Origin: Candidatus Bathyarchaeia archaeon
Lineage (GTDB): Archaea; Thermoproteota; Bathyarchaeia; TCS64
Assembly: GCA_050014495.1 (NCBI GenBank)
Contig: JBEKDF010000029.1
Span: forward strand, 1 to 34,585
Reading direction: 5' to 3'
DNA: 34,585 bases
The notes below the pieces were generated by a model. The model searched no databases. It was not told the origin of the DNA and saw nothing but the letters and a program-made list of their open reading frames with translations. Made by a program: the position numbers and the translations under genes. Numbering within the stretch: position 1 is the stretch's first letter; each line of letters begins with the position of its first letter. Shown in pieces: positions 10,679 to 21,555 of this stretch.

Positions 10679-11284
10679 TTAGGTGTAGTTCTGTAGTAGG
10701 CTGAACGCTTTCAGAGCATCCTTAGTGTCGAGAACTATTATAGTATTTGTGAAGCAGCTGATGAACTCAATGATGTTTATGTCGTGACCACCCAAGAGTT
10801 GAGTAACAAATGCGACGAAGCCTGGAGTAGTTTCAACGCGGTCTGGGCTGAGTAGAACTAAGGCGACGAGGTTACTCATTAGCTGCACCTGCTTGGGTAT
10901 GTCCTTGCTGATACTCGTCTGGTCGACAATGTAGACGTAGCTGTCTGTGAGGTAGGCGGTGACGAGGTATGAAATGTCCATCTTTATAGGGCTAATTAGT
11001 ACAGCGATTTTGTCCTGGAGGCGGACCTTCGATTCCTTTAAGATGCCGCGAACCTCTTCCTCCTGGAGCCTGCACTCCTTCGAGAGATCCTCCGCTATAC
11101 GTATCACTGCTGCTTTAACGGCCTCAATACTCCCTTCGCCGATTTCCTCCTGAAGCATCCTCGCTAACGCGCTATAATTGACTATTCCCATCTTAAGCGA
11201 GTCTAGGAGGCTGGGCCTCATCTGGATTGCCTCCCGTACTAAACGTGCCACAGATTTTGTCCCATCGTCTCTATTTAATGCCAT
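10679..11284 (-). CDS. HTH plus ACT-domain regulatory protein
   Basis: GIVNYSALAR N-terminus; TPGFVAFV...INIIEFISC ACT-like C-terminus. Confidence 0.85.
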   Translation of the reverse strand: MALNRDDGTKSVARLVREAIQMRPSLLDSLKMGIVNYSALARMLQEEIGEGSIEAVKAAVIRIAEDLSKECRLQEEEVRGILKESKVRLQDKIAVLISPIKMDISYLVTAYLTDSYVYIVDQTSISKDIPKQVQLMSNLVALVLLSPDRVETTPGFVAFVTQLLGGHDINIIEFISCFTNTIIVLDTKDALKAFSLLQNYT

Positions 11285-11520
11285 AAATGAAACAGATATG
11301 CGCTATTTTAAAAAATTTTAGTCTCGTTTCAAAATCTTAGAAAATATTTAGTTTTAAAAATGATTAAAAATACTTAGTTCAACAATTCCGAACATCAGTT
11401 CTAGGAACTCGAGTGAGCGGAATGTAAATCATATTACATTTTAAGCTCCTGTTACACCCGCTTCTACCATCGAGCCTTATATTTCACATCGACTAACTCA
11501 TCCTAAATCGGTGATATGCA

Positions 11521-11850
11521 TTGTCGAGGGAGGAATCACTCATCGAAATACTCGAAGCTGCACTACCCCTACCCCCCAAAGTCGTCCTAGGATACAAGAA
11601 TCTTGAACCCGTCTTCACTAGCGGTGACCTTTCGAGGGTCTGTGACATCTCTAGAAGCAGCGCTAAGTTCTATGTAAATAAGATGGTCCAGCTCCGCCTC
11701 GTCGCTAAGGTTCCCCACAAGCGCTTGTACCAGAAGTACCCCAACGCTACAACTTTCAGCGGTTGGCTACGTGATCTTCTCAAGCTCGCTATCGAGCCTC
11801 TCGAAAACGGCCAGCTACCTCTTCCCGACGAGAAGGAAGATGAGGAGTAA
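11521..11850 (+). CDS. Winged-helix DNA-binding protein
   Basis: FTSGDLSRVCDISRSSAKFYVNKM HTH; TTG start after GGTGA; abuts hjc. Confidence 0.7.
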   Translation: MSREESLIEILEAALPLPPKVVLGYKNLEPVFTSGDLSRVCDISRSSAKFYVNKMVQLRLVAKVPHKRLYQKYPNATTFSGWLRDLLKLAIEPLENGQLPLPDEKEDEE

Positions 11851-11851
11851 T

Positions 11852-12307
11852 ATGTCCCTCCGAGACATAGCCAACCCGAAGAAGAGACGTGAAAGATTCA
11901 CTCGCACCCTAACAGGTAAACAGGTTCGCGCTATGAAGAAGCGTGGGTATGACGCTGAACGCGAACTCGTTCAGATGATGAGAGAGCAGGGCTTCGCAGC
12001 TGTTAGGATACCCGTTAGCGCCCCGAGCACAGAACCCCTCCCCGATGTCTTCGCTGTGAAAAACTCGACGGTCGTCGCTTTCGAGGTCAAGAGCCAACTC
12101 AAGTACTCCTACTATAAATCCGACCAAGTAGCCAAGCTCAATGGTTTCTTGGACATCCACAAAATATACCCTAAGCGCTACGCGGTGCTCGCGGGTAAAT
12201 TCAAGTATAAGGGTTGGTGCTTCAAAATAGCTGAGCGCCCAGGAGATTATACACTCAAGACTGGCGAGGGTCTCACTTTCAAGGAATTAATTACTAGACT
12301 CACTTGA
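11852..12307 (+). CDS. hjc: Archaeal Holliday junction resolvase
   Basis: KRGYDAERELV, PD..EVK nuclease motif. Confidence 0.85.
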   Translation: MSLRDIANPKKRRERFTRTLTGKQVRAMKKRGYDAERELVQMMREQGFAAVRIPVSAPSTEPLPDVFAVKNSTVVAFEVKSQLKYSYYKSDQVAKLNGFLDIHKIYPKRYAVLAGKFKYKGWCFKIAERPGDYTLKTGEGLTFKELITRLT

Positions 12308-12365
12308 AGGCTTAGCCGAGTTTATATACCGAGCTTCTACTTCACTGATCAAAAGGCGACAGTGG

Positions 12366-14759
12366 ATGGTTATCGAACTAAGCTACGAAAAGGCTAGGAA
12401 GAAGTGTACAACTAAGATTGCAGACTGCAACTCTACAGCTGAGCTCGAGCCGCTCCAACAGATAATTGGACAGGACCGCGCTGTAAAAGCACTTCAATTT
12501 GGCTTAAAGATGAGAGATGGGGGGTTCAACATCTATGTTTCTGGCATGTCTGGTACAGGGCGTAAGACTATAATCGTCGGCTTCCTGCAGGAGAAGGCGA
12601 AGGAGATGCCAGTTCCACCCGATTGGTGCTATGTTAACAGCTTCAAAGACCAAAACCAACCAAATGCGTTGAAACTACCCGCGGGGAAAGGGAAGACCTT
12701 CCGGGATGACATGGACAAGTTCACCGATGATGTAAAGAAAGAACTTCAGAAAGCCTTCGAGAGTGAAGACTACGCTCAGAAGCGGGCTAGTACTGTGAAA
12801 AAGTTCGACGACGAAAAGAACGAGCTCTGGCAGGAAATTAACAAGAAAGCGAGCGAGGCCGGTTTCTTTCTCCAGCGTAGCCCGATAGGCATAGCCATAA
12901 TCCCTGTAATAAACGGGAAGCCAATAACCGATGAGCAGTTCGCCTCGTTACCTCCTAAGATTATGGAGCAGATCAGGGTCCGTCGAGAGAAACTTCAGGA
13001 CGATTTTAGGAGCGACTTCCGCCAGTTCAGAGATCTCGATAAGAGCGCAGAGGAGGCGGTCGAAAAGGTCAACAAGGACGTCGCTTCCTTCGCAATGGAC
13101 CACCTCCTCGATGTCCTCCTCGAGAAGTATGGTGATATCAGCGAGGTCAAAGAGTTCCTCGAAGCAGTGAAGAACGATATCCTCGATAACCTTGAAACGA
13201 TTCTGACAGCTGGGCAACCAAAACAACAACCTACTCTACCCTTCCTGATGCCTGGAATGACAGAGGACCCCACTAGCACCTACAAGGTCAACCTCGTAGT
13301 AGACAACTCTGAACTAAAAGGTGCTCCTGTCATCACCGAGATGAGTCCCACTCAACCACATCTCTTTGGCATAGTCCAGAAGGAGGCTCGTTTCGGAGCC
13401 CTATTAACCGACTTCACGATGATCCGTGGCGGCTCCATACACAAAGCTAACGGTGGCTTCATAGTTATACCCGTAGAGGACCTTCTTATGGACGCTGTTG
13501 CATGGGACAGTCTCAAAAAGACGATAACAAGCAAACAGATCAAGGTAGAGGATATAGCTCAGCGCCTCGGCTACATAGCCACTAAGACACTAACGCCTGA
13601 ACCCATCCCGTTCGACGCGAAGGTGATACTTGTCGGCAGCCCCGACCTATATTACCTCCTTTACCAGTACGACCGAGATTTTAAGGAGATATTCAAGGTC
13701 AAGGCCGACTTCGACACGACGATGGAGCGAAACGATGAGAACATCCAGATGTATGCCTCCTTCATCTGCACAATCTGCAATAAGGAGAACCTAAAACACC
13801 TCGACCCCACCGGTATTGCAGCTGTAATCGAGTACAGCTCCAGACTAGCTGAGGATCAGGAAAAACTCTCCACTTGGTTTGCCCAAGTCTCCGATATAAT
13901 TAGGGAAGCCGCTCATTACGCTGAAGAAGAAAAAAGCGAGTTCACTATGGACAAACACATCGAGAAGGCATTGGAGGAAAAACTCTACCGAAGTAACTTA
14001 ATCGAGCAGAAAATGGAGAAGATGATTGAGGAGGGCACTATCCTAGTCGACACTACCGGTGAGAAGGTTGGGCAGATCAATGGCCTCAGTGTGATGAGTC
14101 TCGGAGACTTTGCCTTCGGCAAGCCGAGCAGGATTACTGTGAGTGCTGGTGTAGGCAAAAGAGGTATTATCGACATCGAGCGTGAGGCTCAAATGGGTGG
14201 CCCCATTCACACCAAGGGGGTTGAGATACTAAGTGGGTTCCTTAACGACCGCTACGCGAAGGAGTTCCCGTTAAGTCTCACAGCACGTCTAGTCTTCGAG
14301 CAGAGTTACAGCGGTGTCGAGGGAGACTCAGCCTCCAGCACCGAATTATATGGCATCCTTAGCGCCCTTAGCAATAAGCCCATAAAACAACATTATGCTA
14401 TCACTGGTTCGGTCAATCAGAAGGGAGAGGTTCAGGCCATCGGTGGAGTTAATGAGAAGCTCGAGGGCTATTACCAGCTCTGTAAGGCCAGAGGTCTCGA
14501 TGGGCAGCACGGTGTCGTCATTCCTGCTAGCAATGTTAAGCATTTAATGTTAAAACAGGAGGTTATCGACGCAATGAAGGAGGGTAAGTTCCATATTTAC
14601 CCTGTCTCAACCATCGACGAGGGCATAGAGGTTCTCACAGGCGTTCCAGCTGGCGTCCTCGGCAATGATGGCAAGTATCCTGCTGGCACAATAAATCGCT
14701 TAGTCCAAGATACCTTGGCTGGGATGGCCGATAAAGCTAAAGAATACAGAGAGGAGTAG
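12366..14759 (+). CDS. Lon-like protease (LonC type, S16)
   Basis: IGQDRA, degenerate Walker A GMSGTGRKT, long coiled-coil insert, catalytic GDSAS and GGVNEK. Confidence 0.92.
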   Translation: MVIELSYEKARKKCTTKIADCNSTAELEPLQQIIGQDRAVKALQFGLKMRDGGFNIYVSGMSGTGRKTIIVGFLQEKAKEMPVPPDWCYVNSFKDQNQPNALKLPAGKGKTFRDDMDKFTDDVKKELQKAFESEDYAQKRASTVKKFDDEKNELWQEINKKASEAGFFLQRSPIGIAIIPVINGKPITDEQFASLPPKIMEQIRVRREKLQDDFRSDFRQFRDLDKSAEEAVEKVNKDVASFAMDHLLDVLLEKYGDISEVKEFLEAVKNDILDNLETILTAGQPKQQPTLPFLMPGMTEDPTSTYKVNLVVDNSELKGAPVITEMSPTQPHLFGIVQKEARFGALLTDFTMIRGGSIHKANGGFIVIPVEDLLMDAVAWDSLKKTITSKQIKVEDIAQRLGYIATKTLTPEPIPFDAKVILVGSPDLYYLLYQYDRDFKEIFKVKADFDTTMERNDENIQMYASFICTICNKENLKHLDPTGIAAVIEYSSRLAEDQEKLSTWFAQVSDIIREAAHYAEEEKSEFTMDKHIEKALEEKLYRSNLIEQKMEKMIEEGTILVDTTGEKVGQINGLSVMSLGDFAFGKPSRITVSAGVGKRGIIDIEREAQMGGPIHTKGVEILSGFLNDRYAKEFPLSLTARLVFEQSYSGVEGDSASSTELYGILSALSNKPIKQHYAITGSVNQKGEVQAIGGVNEKLEGYYQLCKARGLDGQHGVVIPASNVKHLMLKQEVIDAMKEGKFHIYPVSTIDEGIEVLTGVPAGVLGNDGKYPAGTINRLVQDTLAGMADKAKEYREE

Positions 14760-14815
14760 ACGACAACAAACTCTTTTTCTTCTACTTCACGTCCCTTATC
14801 CTTGGCGCGTCTAGG

Positions 14816-15736
14816 ATGGAGAAGATCTGGGACGTTATTATCATAGGCGCTGGACCTGCTGGGTTATCAGCAGGAATATATGCAGCACGACAAGGTCACA
14901 GCACTTTATTGCTCCACAGCGGGAAAGTTGGGGGACGCGCTCTCGAGGCTCACAGGATAGATAACTACCCCGGTTTTCCACAGGGCCTCACCGGTGCCGA
15001 ATTAATGAACCTTTTCAACGACCAGGCCAGGAGGTTCGGCGTCGAATTTAAGAGAGAGACCGTCATCGGACTCGCAGACGCTGGTGAATTTAAGATAGTC
15101 TCCACACGCAGTGGATATCATCAGGGAAAGACTGTAATTATCGCAGCCGGAGTACAACGTAAACAACTCAGCGTACCCGGTGAGATGGAATTTAAGGGCA
15201 GGGGAGTAAGCTACTGCGCCATCTGCGACGGCCCGTTCTTTAGAGAAAAGGTCGTCACCGTCGTAGGCTCTGGACACGAGGCCGTACAGGATGCTCTTCA
15301 TCTCACAAATACAGCCTCTAAGGTTATAATTATCCCCGGTAAGAAGGGTTTCAGTGAAAAGTATACTGAACTAGCAACCCTGAGGGTCAACCCCAAAGTC
15401 GAATTCATCGAGGGACAGGACATAGCTGAGATCACAGGTAATGAGTTCGTGACGGGAGTGAAGCTCACAACTGGCTGGGTCGAAAATATTGCTACTGATG
15501 GCGTTTTCATCCTTCTCGAACACATATCTACCTCTAATATACTTGTAGAAGCGGGTATCGACGCAGATGAGGGTGGATGTATCTTAGTTGATAGGAATCA
15601 ACAGACCAACCTCCCTGGTTTCTATGCGGCGGGGGACTGCTGCTGCATGGGCTGGCAAATAGTCACCGCAGCGGGGGAAGGCGCCAAGGCTGCTCTCTCA
15701 GCTATGAAGTTTGTGAAACAAAAGGGAACAACATGA
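14816..15736 (+). CDS. trxB: Thioredoxin reductase
   Basis: GAGPAG, NYPGF, CAICDG, AAGD motifs. Confidence 0.92.
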   Translation: MEKIWDVIIIGAGPAGLSAGIYAARQGHSTLLLHSGKVGGRALEAHRIDNYPGFPQGLTGAELMNLFNDQARRFGVEFKRETVIGLADAGEFKIVSTRSGYHQGKTVIIAAGVQRKQLSVPGEMEFKGRGVSYCAICDGPFFREKVVTVVGSGHEAVQDALHLTNTASKVIIIPGKKGFSEKYTELATLRVNPKVEFIEGQDIAEITGNEFVTGVKLTTGWVENIATDGVFILLEHISTSNILVEAGIDADEGGCILVDRNQQTNLPGFYAAGDCCCMGWQIVTAAGEGAKAALSAMKFVKQKGTT

Positions 15737-15996
15737 TCAAAGTAGAGTATTTCCACAACCCTGTATGCCCATACTGTCCTGCAGCAAAGACCCTCATCAG
15801 CAAGGTCCTAAAGGGCCTTAAAGATATAGATCTTGTAGAGATTGACACTTTCACTGACGAGGGAATAGCTCGGGGGATGTCTCTAAACTTAATGGCCGTT
15901 CCAGCAGTAGCTGTAAACGGTGTCGTAAAAATAACAGGTTGGCCGTTCGAGGAGCGAGACCTATTCACCTGCATAGAGGAAGCCCGAGAGAAGTAA
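15733..15996 (+). CDS. Thioredoxin/glutaredoxin-like protein
   Basis: CPYC motif, AVP; ATGA overlap with trxB. Confidence 0.9.
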   Translation: MIKVEYFHNPVCPYCPAAKTLISKVLKGLKDIDLVEIDTFTDEGIARGMSLNLMAVPAVAVNGVVKITGWPFEERDLFTCIEEAREK

Positions 15997-16057
15997 TACG
16001 GATCGCTACATTTTTACGAGCATTTGTCTCAGTGCACAACTAACAGTGGTGCAGTAG

Positions 16058-17314
16058 ATGAGGTACTCAATAAAAGAGATCAAAGCTAGGGAAATTCTAG
16101 ACAGTCGGGGTAATCCCACGATTGAAGTCGATATTGTTACTGAGGGCGGGATCAAGGTCTCCGCTGCTGTGCCAAGTGGTGCTTCTACTGGGATTTACGA
16201 GGCAGTGGAGTTACGAGACGGTGGCAAACGATACCATGGTAAGGGTGTGATGAATGCTGTCGATTCCGTCGTCAACACAATTCAGCCAAAGCTAATTGGT
16301 ATTGACGTAAGAAAGCAAGCCGATGTCGATGGGATGATGATAGATCTTGATGGTTCTGAGAATAAGTCTAGGTTAGGAGGCAATGCAATGCTAGGAGTCA
16401 GCTTAGCCTGTGCGCGTGCAGCAGCAGCCTCCGATGGTCTTCGCCTCTACGAATACATTGATGAAGATTCGTCACTTCTCCCTGTACCATTCTTCAACGT
16501 CATTAATGGTGGAAAACACGCCGGTAACCTACTCGATTTTCAGGAGTTCATGATAGCACCCACGGGGGCAACAAGCTTCCGAGAAGCCCTTCGAATGGGT
16601 TCTGAGGTTTACCAAACTCTTAGGACCCATCTTCAGAAAGCATATGGAAAGACTTCAATAAACGTTGGAGACGAAGGAGGCTTCGCTCCCCCCGTGAAGA
16701 CGCCAGAGGAAGCTCTTGAAGCGCTCTGGGAGGCAATCCAGGAAGCGGGATATATAGACGAAGTCAAGATCGGCCTCGACATTGCTTCAAGCACATTCTA
16801 TAAGGACGACGCATACACTGTGTCTGGAACCAGCTACACAACAGACGAGCTAATAGAGCTATACAAGGAGCTTATCGCAGCGTATCCTATTATCAGCATC
16901 GAAGATCCCATACAGGAGGAAGACTACGAGGGGTTTGTAAAGGCGACGAAGCTCCTACCGACTCAGGTAGTTGGAGATGATCTTTTTGTAACCAACCCCA
17001 AAAGACTGAACAAGGGAATAGAGATGGGGGCTTGTAACGCACTCCTCTGGAAAGTGAATCAGATAGGGACCCTAACCGAGGCGTTGGAAGCTGCGAACAT
17101 AGCAAAGCAGAACAATTATGGCGTAATGGCTTCCCACCGTAGCGGTGACACAGAGGATCCGTGGGTCGCCGATCTCTCCGTAGGCATAGGATGCGGGCAG
17201 ATCAAGAGTGGAGCCCCAGCCCGTGGAGAGAGAACTGCGAAATATAATCAGCTCCTCAGAATAGAAGAGTGGCTAGGGTCTAAAGCAAAGTATCCGAGTA
17301 GTTTATTCGATTAA
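16058..17314 (+). CDS. eno: Enolase
   Basis: DSRGNPT, PSGASTG, GDEGGFAP, SHRSG, AKYNQLLRIEE. Confidence 0.97.
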   Translation: MRYSIKEIKAREILDSRGNPTIEVDIVTEGGIKVSAAVPSGASTGIYEAVELRDGGKRYHGKGVMNAVDSVVNTIQPKLIGIDVRKQADVDGMMIDLDGSENKSRLGGNAMLGVSLACARAAAASDGLRLYEYIDEDSSLLPVPFFNVINGGKHAGNLLDFQEFMIAPTGATSFREALRMGSEVYQTLRTHLQKAYGKTSINVGDEGGFAPPVKTPEEALEALWEAIQEAGYIDEVKIGLDIASSTFYKDDAYTVSGTSYTTDELIELYKELIAAYPIISIEDPIQEEDYEGFVKATKLLPTQVVGDDLFVTNPKRLNKGIEMGACNALLWKVNQIGTLTEALEAANIAKQNNYGVMASHRSGDTEDPWVADLSVGIGCGQIKSGAPARGERTAKYNQLLRIEEWLGSKAKYPSSLFD

Positions 17315-17373
17315 ACCCTGTCCCCTCGCTCTAATCACACGCAATAGGATTGAATCATTGATTATATAATCGG

Positions 17374-18228
17374 ATGGGGGCATCTCGTTATGGGTTACTG
17401 GGTTTGAGAGTGCTTCCTCCGATGATAACCGCAGAGGTTGCAGATAGGATACTCTGTGGAGTAAGAAGGATTTCTCTCGACCTAGGGTTATCCGATTCTG
17501 AGATCACGGTGACCCACAATATGGCAGATCTCCTCGGCCACATGGTGAAACTCGATGATCTACGAGAGATTACGACTAAGAAGAATGCTGTTTTCTTCCC
17601 CGATGGTTGCTCTCTTTTTCAAGTCGCAATCTCGTCTGGGAGATTCTACAAGCTTGTCCCTACAGCGGGGGCCCCCACCCTTGAGATAGATGGGATCAGA
17701 ATGCATAGGACTAAGAATACCACACCCGATTTGGATGTTAAAGAGAAGCTCGACGTGCTCGGAATACATGGTGGGAGAACTCTTGACACCTGTATGGGGC
17801 TTGGCTATACGGCTATAGGTGCCCTAGACCGCGGGGCTGATGTCGTCGTCTCTGTGGAACGAGAGTCACCCGTAGTCAGGGTTGCGCAGATGAACCCGTG
17901 GTCGAGTCGCCTTTTCGATAGTGAAATCAACTTACTTCTGGGCGACAGCTTCCAATATGTTGATACATTACCTCCAGGGTTCTTCGACTGGGTGATACAC
18001 GACCCCCCGCGTCTCACACACGCAGGGGAGCTCTACAGCGAAGAATTTTACAGAAAGCTATATCGTGTGATGAAGTTTGGAGGGAGGCTTTTCCACTACA
18101 CAGGAGAGCCGAGATCACATTATAGGGGTGTTGACCTCCAGAGGGGAGTTCAGAGGCGTCTTAAGACAGCTGGCTTCAAGAGAGCCGAATACCATGTTGA
18201 TGTTATGGGGATAACATGCGAGAAGTGA
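17374..18228 (+). CDS. Archaeal SAM-dependent methyltransferase
   Basis: APTLEIDGIRMH, LDTCMGLGYTA, HDPPR; true start may be slightly downstream. Confidence 0.87.
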   Translation: MGASRYGLLGLRVLPPMITAEVADRILCGVRRISLDLGLSDSEITVTHNMADLLGHMVKLDDLREITTKKNAVFFPDGCSLFQVAISSGRFYKLVPTAGAPTLEIDGIRMHRTKNTTPDLDVKEKLDVLGIHGGRTLDTCMGLGYTAIGALDRGADVVVSVERESPVVRVAQMNPWSSRLFDSEINLLLGDSFQYVDTLPPGFFDWVIHDPPRLTHAGELYSEEFYRKLYRVMKFGGRLFHYTGEPRSHYRGVDLQRGVQRRLKTAGFKRAEYHVDVMGITCEK

Positions 18229-19251
18229 CTAACCCTCGCCAAGGACCCTAAATAGTTCATCCTGACGAACGGAGGCTATCGTCTTTTGAGTTCCGTCAGA
18301 TCGGGTGATGACTCGCCCCTCTTGTCTCTCTTTCACCTCACCTATGATTGTGACTTTAACTCTTATGCTTTCCAGAGCATCTAGGATCCTTCCAATGCTC
18401 GATTCGTTAACAGACATCAATAATGAGCCCGAGCTAAGGAGTTTAAGAGGATCAACTCCGAGTATCTCTGAGATTATTCTTGTTTCAGGGGCAATAGGTA
18501 TGAGATTCTCCTCTACGCTAAGACCTACTCCCGCTGCAGCTCCCATTTCATATAGTCCATTCAAGACTCCCCCCTCCGTAGGTGTATGCATCGAGTGTAC
18601 GCCGCCGGTCTCAACAGCCATAAGAGCCTCGGAGACCACGCTAATTTCGTCTATCATTCTGCGCGCTCTCTGCAGGGTCTTTTGATCAACTTTCCTCTTG
18701 AGTTTCTCTTCTAAATCCGAAGCAAGGATGCTTGTCCCCTCGAGTCCCGCAGTCTTAGTGAGTAAGATCCTATCCCCTGGTTTCGCACCACTGGTTGTGA
18801 CATATCTATTCTTGGGGGCTTCACCCATCATGAAGCCAGCTACTATCGGCCTCTCTAAACCTGCGACGCACTCTGTGTGGCCACCGATTAGCTGGACTCC
18901 AAGTTCGATGCAAGCCCGATTTACTTCATCCATTATGTCCTCCAGCTTTGACTCTGTACAGCCCTCAGGGAGGAGAATTGTATTCATGAACCATAGAGGC
19001 TTTGCGCCGCGTGCTGCGACGTCGTTGGCGTTGACGTGGACGGCTAGCCTACCTATGTTTTCCTCAGCCCCAGTGATAGGGTTAGCCTTTGCGACCAGTA
19101 CCTTGGTCCCCATATCTATTATCGGAGCGTCTTCACCGATAGCAGCCCCCCTGATCACTCTGTCGGATCGTGAACCGAGACGGTTAAGGACGCATCGCTT
19201 GAGGACATCATTTGGTATTTTGCCTGTGCGGAGTCTCCTATTTTGGGGCAT
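18229..19251 (-). CDS. AIR synthase-related (HypE/PurM superfamily) protein
   Basis: GEDA, NANDVA..GA.P, GGHTE, TEGGV motifs. Confidence 0.88.
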   Translation of the reverse strand: MPQNRRLRTGKIPNDVLKRCVLNRLGSRSDRVIRGAAIGEDAPIIDMGTKVLVAKANPITGAEENIGRLAVHVNANDVAARGAKPLWFMNTILLPEGCTESKLEDIMDEVNRACIELGVQLIGGHTECVAGLERPIVAGFMMGEAPKNRYVTTSGAKPGDRILLTKTAGLEGTSILASDLEEKLKRKVDQKTLQRARRMIDEISVVSEALMAVETGGVHSMHTPTEGGVLNGLYEMGAAAGVGLSVEENLIPIAPETRIISEILGVDPLKLLSSGSLLMSVNESSIGRILDALESIRVKVTIIGEVKERQEGRVITRSDGTQKTIASVRQDELFRVLGEG

Positions 19252-19330
19252 TCGCAGTCATTTCACTATTGGTTGGTAGCTGTTTAAAGGTTTCAAAACA
19301 GGTCACTTTCACTCACCTCTCCGCAGTTGA

Positions 19331-19341
19331 TCCACTGGAAC
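19331..19341 (-). promoter_or_regulatory. ORB-like (mini-ORB) Orc1/Cdc6 binding box
   Basis: GTTCCAGTGGA on the minus strand ~55 bp upstream of cdc6; matches the known ORB core. Confidence 0.6.
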
Positions 19342-19394
19342 GTACATAAAGCATAAATCCGCATCCGAGGAGCCCCTCACGGGGGAGATTATCC

Positions 19395-20567
19395 TTGAGC
19401 GACCAGAGACTCATTATAGACGAAGGCATTCTAGACATTAACTACATTCCATCCAAGCTGCTATACAGGGAGGAACAGATGCGCTCCCTCAGACTCACAT
19501 ATGACTTCATGCTCTCGGCACCCTACGAGATGAGTCAGAGGGCTATCATAGTTGGCGGGGTCGGCTCAGGGAAGACTGCAATCGCCCGTGTATTTGGCAA
19601 GTGGCTTAGAGACGAGGCTAAGAGAAAGAGGCTCAGGGTGGAATACATCCACGTCAATTGTAGGGAGCTCAGGGGGAGTCTTTTCATGGTTCTTCGCAGG
19701 GTCGTCAAGACGCTCCGACCCGAGTTTCCCGAGAGGGGTTATGCCCCAAACGAGCTTATTGAAACTCTCATGCAGATCCTCGGCGAGGACAATGAGCAGC
19801 TTCTCCTCTGCCTCGACGAGGTTGATACACTTATAGACACCGAAGGAAGTGATGCTCTCTATCAGCTCACTCGCGTTCACGAAACTCAACCCGACTCCCC
19901 ACGTCGACTCAGCCTTCTCCTGATCACAAAGGACCGCGGAGTCTTCGAGAAGCTTGACAGGAGCACCTTGAGTAGTCTACAGAGGAACCTCATAGAGATG
20001 TCCGAGTACTCTACACCGCAGCTATCCGATATCGTCTCGGCTCGCGCCGAGGCGGCCTTTAGGAGGGGGGCGGTTCCCCTTGAGGTGGTGGACTTCATAG
20101 CGGAGCTCGCCTCCTCGGAGAACGGGGATGCCCGCTGCGCCATAGACCTTCTCTGGGGTGCGGGGAAGAAGGCGGAGAGGGATGGAGCACCTCAGGTCAG
20201 GCCTGAGCACGTGCGCCAAGTCTCATCCGGAGTCCTATCCCCTGTGAAGAAGGAGGGAATGAATCACCTGAGCCTCCACGAGAGGTTAACTCTCCTCTCC
20301 GTGGCCCGATTCTTCCGTAATAGCTCGGCCCCCCAAGCCACCACGGGTGAGGTTGAACAGCTCTATAGAGTTGCGTGCGAGGAGCGCGGCGAGACGCCGC
20401 GAGCGCACACTCAATTCTGGAAGTATCTGGAGAACCTCAAGGCCACAGGGATAATCACCTCAAAGGTCGACTCCAGTAGCCAGGGGCGCACCCAGCTCAT
20501 AACTCTGGGAAAAGTCTCCGCTGAGGCCCTCGAACGGGAGGTACTTAAGGGATTTGAGCAGAAGTAG
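19395..20567 (+). CDS. cdc6: Orc1/Cdc6 replication initiator
   Basis: LLYREEQ, Walker A GGVGSGKT, VNC, Walker B LDEVD, GDAR, C-terminal wH. Confidence 0.94.
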   Translation: MSDQRLIIDEGILDINYIPSKLLYREEQMRSLRLTYDFMLSAPYEMSQRAIIVGGVGSGKTAIARVFGKWLRDEAKRKRLRVEYIHVNCRELRGSLFMVLRRVVKTLRPEFPERGYAPNELIETLMQILGEDNEQLLLCLDEVDTLIDTEGSDALYQLTRVHETQPDSPRRLSLLLITKDRGVFEKLDRSTLSSLQRNLIEMSEYSTPQLSDIVSARAEAAFRRGAVPLEVVDFIAELASSENGDARCAIDLLWGAGKKAERDGAPQVRPEHVRQVSSGVLSPVKKEGMNHLSLHERLTLLSVARFFRNSSAPQATTGEVEQLYRVACEERGETPRAHTQFWKYLENLKATGIITSKVDSSSQGRTQLITLGKVSAEALEREVLKGFEQK

Positions 20568-20847
20568 GACTCAGGTGGAGGAACTCCTCGGTAGCAGGGG
20601 GCGCATTAGAACCCTGCAGGTCCTAGTTGAGAGTGGAGAGCTGAATATAAGCGAGGTAAGTCGCCGCACCGGGCTTAATTACACAAGTGTCGAGAGGCAC
20701 CTGGCGAAGTTGGTTAAGATGGGTCTCGTCAAGGAGAAGCGTTACGGGAAGATCCGGATATTCCAAACTCTATTCCAAACCCTGACTATAAGATTCGAGA
20801 AGGGGGGTTCACTCGACTTGGAGCTTATACAAGTAAAAGAGGAGTAA
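20554..20847 (+). CDS. ArsR-like winged-helix regulator coupled to cdc6
   Basis: LGSRGRIRTL..ELNISEVSRRTGLNYTSVERHL. Confidence 0.85.
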   Translation: MSRSRTQVEELLGSRGRIRTLQVLVESGELNISEVSRRTGLNYTSVERHLAKLVKMGLVKEKRYGKIRIFQTLFQTLTIRFEKGGSLDLELIQVKEE

Positions 20848-21147
20848 ATCCAGTAAGGCTTGTAGCAAAGAGAAAAATTGGCAGATGACAGAGTTTTCAT
20901 GTATCTTGTATGAGCTTTACGATCTCTTTCACATCACTGTATTTTAAGGCGATATCCTTAAGGTGCAAAACTTTGCACGACTTACCATGTTATTTCTGAC
21001 TTCGCGATCCGACAGCCATAGGCTTTCTAATACCTCCTTAAAACCAGACCTCGTCTTGTTTATTAGTTAGAAATTTTGAGTGATATTCATTTTTCTCGAA
21101 TCATCACTTATTAGTCGTTAAATGCGGATGCGATTAGTTAGATAACT

Positions 21148-21555
21148 ATGGTTTTAGAGGTCCCAAAGAGCCACGCAGATCTGCTGCATAGCAAGGTTGA
21201 TGTTGTCCTTACTACGATCTCATTGGATGGTTATCCTCAGAGCACACTCGTCTGGTGTAGTTTCGATGGTGAGCAATTATTACTCAACACCGGAGTAGGT
21301 TATCAAAAGGAGAGGAACATTAGGAGGGATCCTAAGGTCTCAATTTTAGCTGTTGATCCAACTAACAAGATGAGATGGATTGAAGTTCAGGGGGATGCAG
21401 AGCTCATTGAAGAGGGGGCTCTCGAGCACTTGAACAAGCTGTCGAATGCATATAGAGGGAAAGACTTCTACGATCTTATGCCCGAGTTGAGAGGTAAGGA
21501 GGTGAGGGTAATCGTTAGGGTTACCCCTAGAAGGGTTCGTATTGGAAGGGGATAG
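21148..21555 (+). CDS. PPOX-class F420-dependent oxidoreductase
   Basis: LTTISLDGYPQSTLVW, K.RNIRRDPKVS, RVIVRVTP. Confidence 0.88.
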   Translation: MVLEVPKSHADLLHSKVDVVLTTISLDGYPQSTLVWCSFDGEQLLLNTGVGYQKERNIRRDPKVSILAVDPTNKMRWIEVQGDAELIEEGALEHLNKLSNAYRGKDFYDLMPELRGKEVRVIVRVTPRRVRIGRG

